A stretch of 64,000 bases of DNA from Alphaproteobacteria bacterium (lineage in GTDB: Bacteria > Pseudomonadota > Alphaproteobacteria > Bin95): NCBI GenBank assembly GCA_965205265.1, contig CBDBGH010000003.1, positions 384,001 through 448,000 on the forward strand, given 5' to 3'. Below are positions 55,032 through 64,000 of the stretch, in pieces (positions within the stretch are counted from its first letter, which is position 1; each line of letters opens with the position of its first letter). A program made the translations under genes and the position numbers. The notes under the pieces are model-generated. The model saw nothing but the letters and a program-made list of their open reading frames with translations, ran no database searches and was not told the DNA's origin.

Positions 55032-56237
55032 TCATGGCGCGGGACACGGAGGATCGGTCTCGCCCGCCAGGTCGGCGCGGAGGCTCTCGGCGACGCGCGC
55101 CGCCGACGCCTTCACCGAATCGCGCGCGAGATGGGCGTAGCGCGCCGTGGTCTGCACCTTCCGATGGCCGAGCATCCGGCCGATCATCGGCAGGCTCTCG
55201 CCAAGCGCCAGAGCGCGCGAGGCAAAGCTGTGCCTGAGGTCATGGATGCGGACGTCCTTCAGGTCCGCGCGGACCCGCACCGCGAGCCAGGCGTTGTTGA
55301 GGTTGCTGAGCCGCGCGCCCGGCCTCGCTCCGGAAATCACCCAGGGATTGTCCGGCAGGCGCGGTATCCCGGCAAGCACGCGCCGCGCCGCCGGCGAGAA
55401 CGCGACCGAACGCGCGCCGGTCTTCGCGTCGCGCAACCTGATCTCGCCCGCCTCGAGGTCCACATCGGCCCAGCGCAGCGTCAGGACCTCGTTGCGCCGG
55501 CACCCGGTGAGCATCAGCAGGCGGAACGCCGCCACCGCGCTCGGATGCACCCTGCCCTCGGCCTCGACCGCGTCGAGCGTGCGCCCGAGGCGCCGGAACT
55601 CCTCATCGGAGAGGAAGCGCTCGCGGCTCTTCTCCCGATACTTGCGCACGAACCGGCACGGATTGCCGCCCTCCGACGTGATCCCCCACAGCTCGGCCAT
55701 GCGGAAGAGGCGCGAGAGCATGTCCAGGACCCTGTTCGCCATCGCCGGCGTCTCGTGCAGGCTGTAGTGCAGCGCCGCGACGCGTTCGCGGCCGATCTCC
55801 CCGAGGCGCACCGGGCCGAGCGCGGGCAGCAGGTGCCTGTCCAGGACATGCCGGCAATGGCGCACCGTGGTCGGCTTGCAGCGCACCTTGACGTGCTCCG
55901 TCATGCAGCGCTCCGCCACCTCCGCGACCGTGGGGCCGGCGTCCGCCGGGGCCGCACCGCCGTCGGGCGCCGGCTCCCTGCCGGCCTTGAGGTCGGCGAT
56001 GATGCGCGCCGCCTTCGTCCGCGCCCGGTCCGCCGTCATCAGCCCGTGACGCCCGACGGTCAGCCGGCGCGACCTGCCGCCCGCCCGCGTCTGCACGAGG
56101 TAGACCTTCGAACCGCTCGGATACACGCGGACCCCGAAGCCCTGAAGCTTCGAATCCCAGTGGACCGTCTCGCGCTCACCCACCGGCAGCGCCTCCACGG
56201 TCCGGCGCGAGATCCGCTGTGCGTTCAGCTTCGTCAT
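55032..56237 (-). CDS. Arm-domain tyrosine integrase (Int5)
   Basis: WDSKLQGFGVRV, TGCR, KTG, HDLRH, MLGH, TTARY. Confidence 0.95.
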   Translation of the reverse strand: MTKLNAQRISRRTVEALPVGERETVHWDSKLQGFGVRVYPSGSKVYLVQTRAGGRSRRLTVGRHGLMTADRARTKAARIIADLKAGREPAPDGGAAPADAGPTVAEVAERCMTEHVKVRCKPTTVRHCRHVLDRHLLPALGPVRLGEIGRERVAALHYSLHETPAMANRVLDMLSRLFRMAELWGITSEGGNPCRFVRKYREKSRERFLSDEEFRRLGRTLDAVEAEGRVHPSAVAAFRLLMLTGCRRNEVLTLRWADVDLEAGEIRLRDAKTGARSVAFSPAARRVLAGIPRLPDNPWVISGARPGARLSNLNNAWLAVRVRADLKDVRIHDLRHSFASRALALGESLPMIGRMLGHRKVQTTARYAHLARDSVKASAARVAESLRADLAGETDPPCPAP

Positions 56238-56274
56238 CGTCCGCTCCCGGCTGTCCCCGTGTCCGTCGCGCCCG

Positions 56275-57459
56275 TCACGGATCCGTCCGCTCCGTGAGGA
56301 TGTCGGCGCCGATGCTGTCGGCGACCCTCGCCGTCGACGCCTGCACCGACTCCCGCGCAAGGTGCGCGTAGCGGGCCGTGGTGTCGATCTTCCGGTGACC
56401 GAGCAGTTCGCCGATCATGCTCAGGCTCTCGCCGAGCGCGAGCGCCCTGCTGGCGAAGCTGTGGCGCAGGTCGTGAAGGCGGACGCCGTCGAGGTCCGCG
56501 TGCCTGCGGATGCGGTCCCAGGCATCGTTGATGTTGGTCTGGTGAGTACCCTTCTTCCGCCCCGGGAACACCCATGGATTGCCGGCGACGCGCGGCAGTG
56601 CCGCCAACACCGCGGCCGCCGCGGGCGGCATCGGCACGATGCGCGCGCCGGTCTTGCTGTCGGCGAACCGCATCTCGCCCGCCTCGAAGTCGAGGTCGTC
56701 CCAGGCCAGCCCCATGATCTCGTTGCGCCGGCACCCGGTCAGCACCAGCAACCGGATCGCCGCCGCCGAGTGACGGGAGGCGAGACGCTTCGCGGGGGCA
56801 ATGTCGAGCGTGCGTCCGAGCCGTGCGAGTTCCCCGGACGTCAGGAACCGCTCCTTCCGGGGGGCCACCTTGTAGCGGGGCACCGACCGGCAGGGGTTGC
56901 GCCCCGGCGGACGCATCTCCCAGAGTTCCGCCATGTTGAACATCTTCACCAGGATGTCGACGCACCGGTTCGCCACCGTCGGCATGCCGCTCAGACCGAA
57001 CTGGAACGCGAGGATGTCCTTGCGCGCCACCTGCGACACGGGATGCGCTCCCAGGCCCGGCACGATGTGCTTCTTCAGCATCAGGCCGTAGTGCCTGATC
57101 GTATTCGGCTTGCAGTGCATGGCGACGTATTCGCGCTCGTAGCGCTCGGCCAGATCGGCCACGGTCGGCGCGGGTTCGGTCTCCGGCTCGACAGGCGGCA
57201 ATCCGGCCTTGATGCGCGCAAGCAGCTTCGCCGCCTCCCTGCGCGCCTCGGCGGGCGCGATGTCCCCGTGCCGGCCCACGGTCGCGCGGACCGACCTGCC
57301 CTTCGCACGGGCCTGCGCCACATAGACCTTGCGCCCCGTGGGGTAGACGCGAATCCCGAACCCCGGCAGTTCGCTGTCCCAGAACACGCCGTCCTTTCCG
57401 TTGACCGCGAGACGGTCCACGATACGCTTGGTAAGCGTTCGGTGCTGGCGTTCGGGCAT
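56275..57459 (-). CDS. Arm-domain tyrosine integrase (Int6), adjacent to attR
   Basis: WDSELPGFGIRV, TGCR, KTG, HDLRH, LLGH, TTARY. Confidence 0.95.
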   Translation of the reverse strand: MPERQHRTLTKRIVDRLAVNGKDGVFWDSELPGFGIRVYPTGRKVYVAQARAKGRSVRATVGRHGDIAPAEARREAAKLLARIKAGLPPVEPETEPAPTVADLAERYEREYVAMHCKPNTIRHYGLMLKKHIVPGLGAHPVSQVARKDILAFQFGLSGMPTVANRCVDILVKMFNMAELWEMRPPGRNPCRSVPRYKVAPRKERFLTSGELARLGRTLDIAPAKRLASRHSAAAIRLLVLTGCRRNEIMGLAWDDLDFEAGEMRFADSKTGARIVPMPPAAAAVLAALPRVAGNPWVFPGRKKGTHQTNINDAWDRIRRHADLDGVRLHDLRHSFASRALALGESLSMIGELLGHRKIDTTARYAHLARESVQASTARVADSIGADILTERTDP

Positions 57460-57815
57460 GTCCTCGTTCCTCCACCGGGGCGCGAAAGCGTTCGTTCAAG
57501 GTGTGACGATGATGAGGACGACGAGGCCAATTCCGTGGTTTGCCGGGCTTCGCCCGACTTCGCTCTGTGCCATCGTCCCCTCCATCAACGCATGACCGAA
57601 CGCTTTCCCGGGGCGCTGGAAGCCGGTTCGGGCTCGGACGCAGGTCACGTAAGCGGACCGAAAGCGACCGGCTGGAAATCGGGGCGCATTGAAGCGCATC
57701 CGGGGCAGGGATGCAAGGACGGAGATGGGCGATCAGACACACAAATATAGAGAATTGACAATGGTTTATATCAGAAGAGCGCATCCGGGCGCATGCGAGG
57801 CAAGGTAGACAAAAA

Positions 57816-58247
57816 TTGAGTTGTCTTTTCGACACGAACGTCCTGCTGTCGGCGCTGCTGTTCCATTCCGGCGCACTTTCGTGGCTGCGCGCCGCCTGGC
57901 GCTCCGGCGACATCCGCCCGCTCGCCAGCCGGGAGACCGCGGCCGAACTCGTCCGTGTCCTCGCCTATCCGAAATTCGGGTTGGACGCCGAGGAGCGGCG
58001 CGACCTGCTCGACGACTATCTTCCCTTCTGCGAGACGGTCCCCGTGCCGGATCCGCCGCCGGCGGTTCCCGAATGCCGCGACCCTTCCGACCGCCCGTTC
58101 CTGGAACTGGCGCTGGTCGGGCGTGCCGACGCGCTGGTGACCGGCGACGCCGACCTCCTGGCGCTCGCGGGCGCGTTTCCCGTGCCCCTATTGCTGCCCG
58201 CCGGCTTCGGGCGGAGACTGTCCCGCGGCGAAGAAGCGGAGCGGTAG
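57816..58247 (+). CDS. PIN-domain toxin, 3' body (with an island-supplied TTG start)
   Basis: DTNVLLSAL, ELVRVLAYPKF, CRDPSDRPFLELA, LVTGDADLL. Confidence 0.88.
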   Translation: MSCLFDTNVLLSALLFHSGALSWLRAAWRSGDIRPLASRETAAELVRVLAYPKFGLDAEERRDLLDDYLPFCETVPVPDPPPAVPECRDPSDRPFLELALVGRADALVTGDADLLALAGAFPVPLLLPAGFGRRLSRGEEAER

Positions 58248-58296
58248 TCGCCGGGGCGGCGGGCTCCAGTTCTCCCCCTCCGTCCCGGCTGCCCTC

Positions 58297-58392
58297 ATCG
58301 TCGTCCCGGCCGGAGCGCAGCGGAGAGCCGGGGCCTCCTTGAAGCGGAACTCCGGCCGCACAAGGCCCCGGATCGGGGTCCGGGGCGACGAT
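58297..58392. repeat. REP-like palindromic element, second family
   Basis: Outer IR ATCGTCGTCCCGG / CCGGGGCGACGAT; inner CCCCGGATCGGGGTCCGGGG recurs at 61407. Confidence 0.7.
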
Positions 58393-58432
58393 ATGGAGCC
58401 GTCGCTATCGGTCCCGGTCGCGACCGCCGGTA

Positions 58433-59212
58433 TTACGCCGGCGGCCGGTGGTTGAGCGGGCCGTGTCCGCGCCCGAGGCCGGGGGCGGTGCGGATCGCCT
58501 CATGCACGAAATCGCCGGCCCGGCGCACGGCCAGGGTGAGGTCGAGGCCCTGGGCCAGGCCGGTCGCCGCGGCGGAAGCCAGCGTGCAGCCCGTGCCGTG
58601 GGTGTGCCTCGTGTCGAGGCGCTCATGCTCGAACACGGTCTCGCCGGAGGGCGTGAGCAGCCTGTCGCGCACGATGGCGCCTTCGCCATGCCCGTCCTTC
58701 AGCAGCACCGCGCCCGCCCCGAGGGCCGCCCAGGAAGGCCAGCCGGGCGCGCGCCCGTCCAGCAGCGCTGCGGCTTCCGGCAGGTTCGGCGTCAGCAGCG
58801 CTGCCAAGGGCAGCATACGCCGGCGAAGCGCGTCCACCGCGTCCTCCCGGAGCAGGCTGTGTCCGCCCTTCGCCACCATGACCGGATCGACCACGACCGG
58901 CACGCCCGGCGCTTCCCGCTCCAGCGTTTCGGCTACCGCCTCGATAACCTCCGCATCGTGCAGCATGCCGGTCTTGACCGCGTCCGCGCCGATGTCCCGC
59001 AGCACGACGCGCATCTGGTCGGCGATGAAGCCGGGCGGCACGGGATGCACGCCGTGGACGCCCTCGGTGTTCTGCGCCGTGAGCGCCGTCACCGCCGTCA
59101 TCGCGAAGCCGCGGAGCGCCGTGCAGGTCTTGATATCCGCCTGGATTCCCGCCCCGCCGCCGGAATCCGAGCCCGCCACGATCAGCAGGCGGCCTTGCAT
59201 TTTCATGGACAT
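58433..59212 (-). CDS. thiD: Hydroxymethylpyrimidine/phosphomethylpyrimidine kinase
   Basis: AGSDSGGGAGIQADIKT, VKTGML, HTHGTGCTLA. Confidence 0.96.
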   Translation of the reverse strand: MSMKMQGRLLIVAGSDSGGGAGIQADIKTCTALRGFAMTAVTALTAQNTEGVHGVHPVPPGFIADQMRVVLRDIGADAVKTGMLHDAEVIEAVAETLEREAPGVPVVVDPVMVAKGGHSLLREDAVDALRRRMLPLAALLTPNLPEAAALLDGRAPGWPSWAALGAGAVLLKDGHGEGAIVRDRLLTPSGETVFEHERLDTRHTHGTGCTLASAAATGLAQGLDLTLAVRRAGDFVHEAIRTAPGLGRGHGPLNHRPPA

Positions 59213-59254
59213 AGCCCCTGCGATACACGGCTGTGCCGGGAGCGGGAGGACCGA

Positions 59255-59632
59255 GAGACCGTTTGAGAATGGAGTCCATGCGAGGTCCGGTTCCGCCATG
59301 TCCGAACGGCCCCCCTGCGCCATTCCTGGACGCCCCCTCCGTCATACCCGGACTTGTTCCGGGTATCCATGCGGCCGTTCGGCGGAAACAGCGGAGAGAG
59401 ATACCCGGAACAAGTCCGGGTATGACGATATGAGGGTCGGGACGCCGGGCACCGATCCGAGCCTCGATCCGGCCGGCCCCTTCGAAATCGGCTTGAATCC
59501 AAGCCATGCGCCCTGCCCGCCAAAGCTAAACCGGACAACAATGGAACAAGTCCGGGCATGACGAGAAGAGGGTCAGGGCAACACCTTCGATCCTGTCTCG
59601 ATACGCCCGGACGCCAATTCTCAAACGGACAC
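59255..59632. mobile_element. Longer composite MITE copy with REP doublet and an extra half-REP
   Basis: CGA|GAGACCGTTTGAGAAT...ATTCTCAAACGGACAC|TGA. Confidence 0.8.
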
Positions 59633-59780
59633 TGAGCGCAGCGAGGCATGGTCGCATAGTCTAGGAGAGCCCGGGCCAGGATGGAACCGTGCGCGTCGGA
59701 AACGGGAAGCGCAAGATTCGGGCTGCGGCGGCGGGCGGGGCGTGCGATCCGGCGTTCGCCGCCGCGGAAGACAACGCCCG

Positions 59781-60695
59781 ATGACCGTATCTCGTCCGCC
59801 CGTGCTCGACATGGCTGCATGGGGCCTGCTGGCCGCGTTGTCGCTTGTCTGGGGCGGGTCTTTCTTCTTCGCCGAAGTGGCGCTCGCCGCGCTGCCGCCC
59901 TTCACCATCGTGCTGGCGCGGCTGGCGTTGGGCGCGGCCGGCCTCTGGCTGCTGGTCTGGCTGACCCGCGCGACCCTGCCGACCGGGCTTCGGGACTGGC
60001 GCGATCTTGCGGCGATGGGCCTGCTCAACAACGCCCTCCCGTTCTCGCTCATTGTCTGGGGCCAGCAATGGATCGACGGCGGGCTGGCGAGCGTCCTCAA
60101 CGCCACCACGCCGGTCTTCGGCGCGGTCGCCGCGCACTTCCTGACGAGGGACGAAAAGCTGACCGCCAACCGGCTTGCGGGCGTAGCGATCGGGGTGGCA
60201 GGGGTCGCCGTGCTCGTCGGCCCGGCCGCGCCGGACGGCTCCGGCGGTTATATCGTCGGCTCTGTGGCGGTGCTGGCGGCGGCCGTCTCCTATGCTGCGG
60301 CCGGCCTCTGGGGGCGGCGGTTGCGGCATCTGTCGCCGGTATCGGCGGCGGCGGGGCAGGTCGGCTGCTCGACGCTGATCGTGCTGCCGCTCGCGCTGGC
60401 GCTGGAGCGGCCCTGGCGCCTGCCCGCCCCGCCGCCGGAAGTCTGGGGGGCGCTGGCCGGCATCGGGCTGCTCAGCACCAGCCTCGCCTACCTGTTGTTC
60501 TTCGCCATCCTGCGCCGGGCCGGCGGCAGCAACGTCATGCTGGTGACGCTGATGATCCCGCCGAGCGCGGTGCTGTTGGGCGTCGTGTTTCTGGGCGAGG
60601 AAGTCGGCCCCGGCCAGCTGTTCGGAATGGCGCTCATCGCCGCCGCCCTGCTGGCCATAGACGGCCGCCTCCTGCCCGCTCTGCGCCGGGGATGA
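59781..60695 (+). CDS. DMT/EamA family transporter
   Basis: WGGSFFF, NNALPFSLIVWGQ, LNATTP, FLGE. Confidence 0.92.
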   Translation: MTVSRPPVLDMAAWGLLAALSLVWGGSFFFAEVALAALPPFTIVLARLALGAAGLWLLVWLTRATLPTGLRDWRDLAAMGLLNNALPFSLIVWGQQWIDGGLASVLNATTPVFGAVAAHFLTRDEKLTANRLAGVAIGVAGVAVLVGPAAPDGSGGYIVGSVAVLAAAVSYAAAGLWGRRLRHLSPVSAAAGQVGCSTLIVLPLALALERPWRLPAPPPEVWGALAGIGLLSTSLAYLLFFAILRRAGGSNVMLVTLMIPPSAVLLGVVFLGEEVGPGQLFGMALIAAALLAIDGRLLPALRRG

Positions 60696-60783
60696 CGCCA
60701 GGGGGTAGGGACGCCATACCTCCCCTCTGTCATGCCCGCTTCAAATGGCCGGCCCGGTGCTCTAGATTCGTCCCCCGGAGACG

Positions 60784-60996
60784 ATGGACATGCTCGACAT
60801 CAAGCCCCGCTACCTTGTCGACGGCGCCGGCCGAAAGACCGGCGCGGTGTTGTCGATGAAGGATTACCGCGCGCTGATGCAGCGCCTGGAAGACCTGGAG
60901 GATACTCTGGAACTGGACCGCGCTGTGGAGACGGCGACCGGTTTTCGCGACTATGCGGAAGTCCGGAAGGATCTGCGGGCGCGTCTTGACGGATGA
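60784..60996 (+). CDS. Putative antitoxin
   Basis: YLVDGAGRKTGAVLSMKDY..LEDLED; overlaps the downstream RelE-like gene. Confidence 0.8.
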   Translation: MDMLDIKPRYLVDGAGRKTGAVLSMKDYRALMQRLEDLEDTLELDRAVETATGFRDYAEVRKDLRARLDG

Positions 60997-61258
60997 CGGC
61001 GCTTACACCGTAGCTTTGGAACGGAGAGCCGAACGGGAGTTGCGAAGCTTGTCCGATGCGGCCGTTGGCCGAATCGACATCGCATTACGCGGTCTGGCCA
61101 ACAACCCTCGGCCGGTCGGTGCGGTCAAACTCCAGGGCCGGACAGGTTTGGGATGGCGGGTTCGGGTGGGCGAATACCGCATCCTCTACCGCATTGACGA
61201 CAATATCCGCCGCGTCGAGATTTACCGCATCCGACACCGTCGGGACGCTTATCGCTGA
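60986..61258 (+). CDS. RelE/ParE family toxin
   Basis: LANNPRPVGAVKL, WRVRVGEYRILYRIDD, HRRDAYR; TTG start chosen. Confidence 0.9.
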   Translation: MTDDGAYTVALERRAERELRSLSDAAVGRIDIALRGLANNPRPVGAVKLQGRTGLGWRVRVGEYRILYRIDDNIRRVEIYRIRHRRDAYR

Positions 61259-61404
61259 AGCCCCGCCCGCGCTACCGCCGCCTCGCCCGCATCGGCCGTC
61301 GGCGGAAACGGTGGACGGAGCGGTAGCGGGCCGGGGAAGAAGCCGCCGCCGCTTCTCCCTCCTGCCCCCTGGCTCTCCTCCCGTCGGACGGAGCCCGGCA
61401 AAGG

Positions 61405-61718
61405 TCCCCCGGATCGGGGTCCGGGGCAGGCCCGCCGAGAGAGCCCCCATCCGGCCTACCCCGCAAGCGGGAGAGGAGAAGAAAGGAGCAGGCGAGGGAG
61501 AAGAGGAAGGAGCCGCCGCCGACCGCAACTTCCCCTCTCCCCGCTCGCGGGGAGAGGTCGGGAGAGGGGGCCGGCCGCAAGGCCGGCGGGCGAAGCCCGG
61601 AACAAGTCCCCCGCTTTCGCGAGGGCAGGCCGGGCATGACGGGAAGAGGGCAGGGCAACGCTTTCGGTTCCGCTTCGAACCCCCGGACGCCGCAAACAGC
61701 CAATTCTCAAACGGTCTC
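61405..61718. repeat. Cluster of REP-like palindromes plus the right half of a MITE
   Basis: CCCCGGATCGGGGTCCGGGG; CCTCTCCCCGCTCGCGGGGAGAGG; interrupted REP at ~61596-61641; TIR ATTCTCAAACGGTCTC. Confidence 0.75.
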
Positions 61719-63080
61719 TCAGACCGCAGCTCGGATGTCGGCCGCAAGGCTCTCCACGATCTCGCCGACGAGATGCTCGTCCTCGGCCTCGGCCATGATG
61801 CGGATCAGCGGCTCGGTGCCGGACTTGCGGATCAGCAGCCGCCCGACGCCGTCGAGCCGGGCTTCGGCATCCGCCACCGCCTGCTGCACGGCGGGCACCG
61901 CCAGCGGGTCGCGCGCGCCGCAGGGCACGTTCTCCAGGCGCTGCGGCAGCGGCTCGAAGAGCGCGAGCGCTTCCGATGCCGGCCTGCCGCCCGCCACCAG
62001 CTCCGCCAGCACCTGCAGCGCCGCCAGCAGGCCGTCGCCGGTCGCGCAATGGTCGCGCAGCACGACATGCCCGGACTGTTCGCCGCCGAGATTGAGGCCG
62101 TTGGCGCGCATGTGCTCGACCACATAACGGTCGCCGACGCGGGTGCGCTCCAGGCCGAGCCCGATGCCGTCCAGATAGCGTTCGAGGCCCAGATTGGACA
62201 TGACCGTCGCCGCGACCGCGCCGCCGCGCAGCCGGCCGCGCCGCTGCCAGGCGGTCGCGATCAACGCCATCACCCGGTCGCCGTCCACCGGCCGGCCGGT
62301 TTCGTCGGCCAGCACCAGGCGGTCGGCATCGCCGTCGAGGGAGAGGCCGATATCGGCGCCATGCTCCCTGACCGCCCGGCAGACGGTTTCCGGATGCGCG
62401 GCCCCGCAGGCGTCGTTGATGTTCATGCCGTCCGGCGAGACGGCGACGGGAATGACCTCCGCGCCGAGCTCCCACAACACGGCGGGCGCCACCCGGTAGG
62501 CGGCCCCGTTGGCGCAATCGACGGCGACCCTGAGCCCGTCGAGCCGCATGCCTTGGGGGAAGCTGCTTTTCACGGCCTCGATATAGCGGCCCTGCGCGTC
62601 CTCCATGCGCCGGGCGCGGCCGAGCGCCTCGGGTGCGGCGCGGCGGCTCTCGACCTCGGCCATGGCCGCCTCGACCGCCTGTTCCTGCGCATCGGAGAGC
62701 TTGTAGCCGTCGGGGCCGAAAATCTTGATGCCGTTATCGTGGAAGGGGTTGTGCGAGGCGGACAGCATGACGCCGAGATCGGCGCGGAGCGAGCGCGTCA
62801 GCACGGAAACCGCGGGCGTCGGCAGCGGGCCGACCGTCACCGCGTCCCAGCCGAGCGCGATGAAGCCGCAGACCAGCGCCGGCTCCAGCAGATAGCCGGA
62901 CAGGCGCGTGTCCTTGGCGATCACGGCGGTGCCGCGCCCGTTGCCGCCGAAGCGCGCCGCCGCCGCCATCGCCGCGCGCATGACCGTCTCCGGCGTCATC
63001 GGCTCGACATTCGCGCGCCCGCGAATGCCGTCCGTGCCGAAAAGCCTGCGGGTTCCGGTCCCGTCCATGGCTTCAAACAT
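61719..63080 (-). CDS. glmM: Phosphoglucosamine mutase
   Basis: [38 protein letters not shown]. Confidence 0.97.
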   Translation of the reverse strand: MFEAMDGTGTRRLFGTDGIRGRANVEPMTPETVMRAAMAAAARFGGNGRGTAVIAKDTRLSGYLLEPALVCGFIALGWDAVTVGPLPTPAVSVLTRSLRADLGVMLSASHNPFHDNGIKIFGPDGYKLSDAQEQAVEAAMAEVESRRAAPEALGRARRMEDAQGRYIEAVKSSFPQGMRLDGLRVAVDCANGAAYRVAPAVLWELGAEVIPVAVSPDGMNINDACGAAHPETVCRAVREHGADIGLSLDGDADRLVLADETGRPVDGDRVMALIATAWQRRGRLRGGAVAATVMSNLGLERYLDGIGLGLERTRVGDRYVVEHMRANGLNLGGEQSGHVVLRDHCATGDGLLAALQVLAELVAGGRPASEALALFEPLPQRLENVPCGARDPLAVPAVQQAVADAEARLDGVGRLLIRKSGTEPLIRIMAEAEDEHLVGEIVESLAADIRAAV

Positions 63081-63906
63081 GGCGAAGCGCCCGCCAGACC
63101 GCAAGCGCGCGGCAGGTCTCCTCGACATCGTGGACCCGCAGCAGGCGCACGCCCCGGTCCAGCGCGAACAGGCCGGCGGCCAGCGACTCGGGGAAGCGGC
63201 GCTTCGGGTCCGGCTCGCCCGAGATGCGCCCGAGCGACGCCTTGCGCGACACGCCGAGCGCGACCGTGCAGCCGAGCGCGCCGAAGCGCTCCAGACCCTG
63301 CAGCAGGGCCAGATTGTGCTCCAGCGTCTTGCCGAAGCCGTAACCGGGATCGACGGCGAGGCGCTCGGGTCCGATGCCCGCCGCCCGGCAGGCCTCGACC
63401 CGTTCGGCGAGGAAGGCGAACACGTCCTCCACCACGTCGTCGTAGCGCGGGTCGTCCTGCATGGTCTCCGGCCCGCCCTGCATGTGGACGAGGACGGCGC
63501 TCGCTCCCGTCTCGGCCACGAGGTCCAGCGAGGCGGGGTCGGCGGTAAGCGCCGAAACGTCGTTGGCGATGCCGGCGCCTGCGGCGAGCGCGGCGCGCAG
63601 CACGCGGGCGTGGCGCGTATCGACGGAGACCGGAATGCCGTCCCCGGCAAGCGCCGCCACCACCGGCAGGATGCGGCGGCATTCCTCCGCCTCATCGACC
63701 TCCACGGCGCCGGGCCGGGTCGATTCCCCGCCGATATCGACAATATCCGCGCCCGCCGCCGCGAGCGCCCGGCCGCGCCCGATGGCGGCCTCCGGGTCGG
63801 ACCAGTCGCCGCCGTCGGAGAAGCTGTCCGGGGTCACGTTCACCACGCCCATGACCAGCGGCCGCCGGGTGGACAGGCCGGCGAAACGGGAAGGTTGGCC
63901 GGGCAT
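63073..63906 (-). CDS. folP: Dihydropteroate synthase
   Basis: [37 protein letters not shown]. Confidence 0.97.
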   Translation of the reverse strand: MPGQPSRFAGLSTRRPLVMGVVNVTPDSFSDGGDWSDPEAAIGRGRALAAAGADIVDIGGESTRPGAVEVDEAEECRRILPVVAALAGDGIPVSVDTRHARVLRAALAAGAGIANDVSALTADPASLDLVAETGASAVLVHMQGGPETMQDDPRYDDVVEDVFAFLAERVEACRAAGIGPERLAVDPGYGFGKTLEHNLALLQGLERFGALGCTVALGVSRKASLGRISGEPDPKRRFPESLAAGLFALDRGVRLLRVHDVEETCRALAVWRALRHV

Positions 63907-63933
63907 GATCGGGACCGGTGCCCGGAGGACCGC

Positions 63934-64000
63934 CTAACCCTCCGGCTGCGGCTCGGGACCGAGGCCGCCGGGCATCGGGGTCGCGCCGCGCCCGCGCTGG
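63934..64000 (-). CDS. ftsH: 3' end of probable FtsH protease (partial)
   Basis: Tail SAGRGATPMPGGLGPEPQPEG* and the conserved ftsH-folP-glmM order. Confidence 0.65.
   Translation of the reverse strand, partial: QRGRGATPMPGGLGPEPQPEG

Overview
High-GC alphaproteobacterial chromosome segment. A Rhodospirillales-like, possibly host-associated organism is an inference from gene order and an FN3/cadherin autotransporter. The backbone is housekeeping and metabolic: dapD-dapE, recA with an alpha-type SOS box, a peptide ABC transporter, rpmH-rnpA-yidD-yidC-engB-argB, a TRAP transporter, MATE, thiD and ftsH-folP-glmM. The main unusual feature is a ~20.4 kb island (37372-57841) inserted into the D-T-N-V catalytic motif of the PIN toxin gene of an AbrB/PIN toxin-antitoxin operon. 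It has att direct repeats TCGACAC(A/G)AACGT and tandem CGnAAGCG arm-like sites at both ends. It carries six Arm-domain tyrosine integrase genes (four intact, several in tandem pairs), a tRNA-Met att remnant, an Rpn nuclease with an internal antitoxin start, a Thoeris-like TIR gene, a doubly interrupted NotI-like endonuclease, and IS630, IS256, IS21 and IS66 elements or remnants. Outside the island, an IS5-like MITE family carrying REP doublets sits on TGA stop codons, and an A/T-richer islet encodes orphan secreted proteins. All calls come from reading motifs by eye; no database searches were run.
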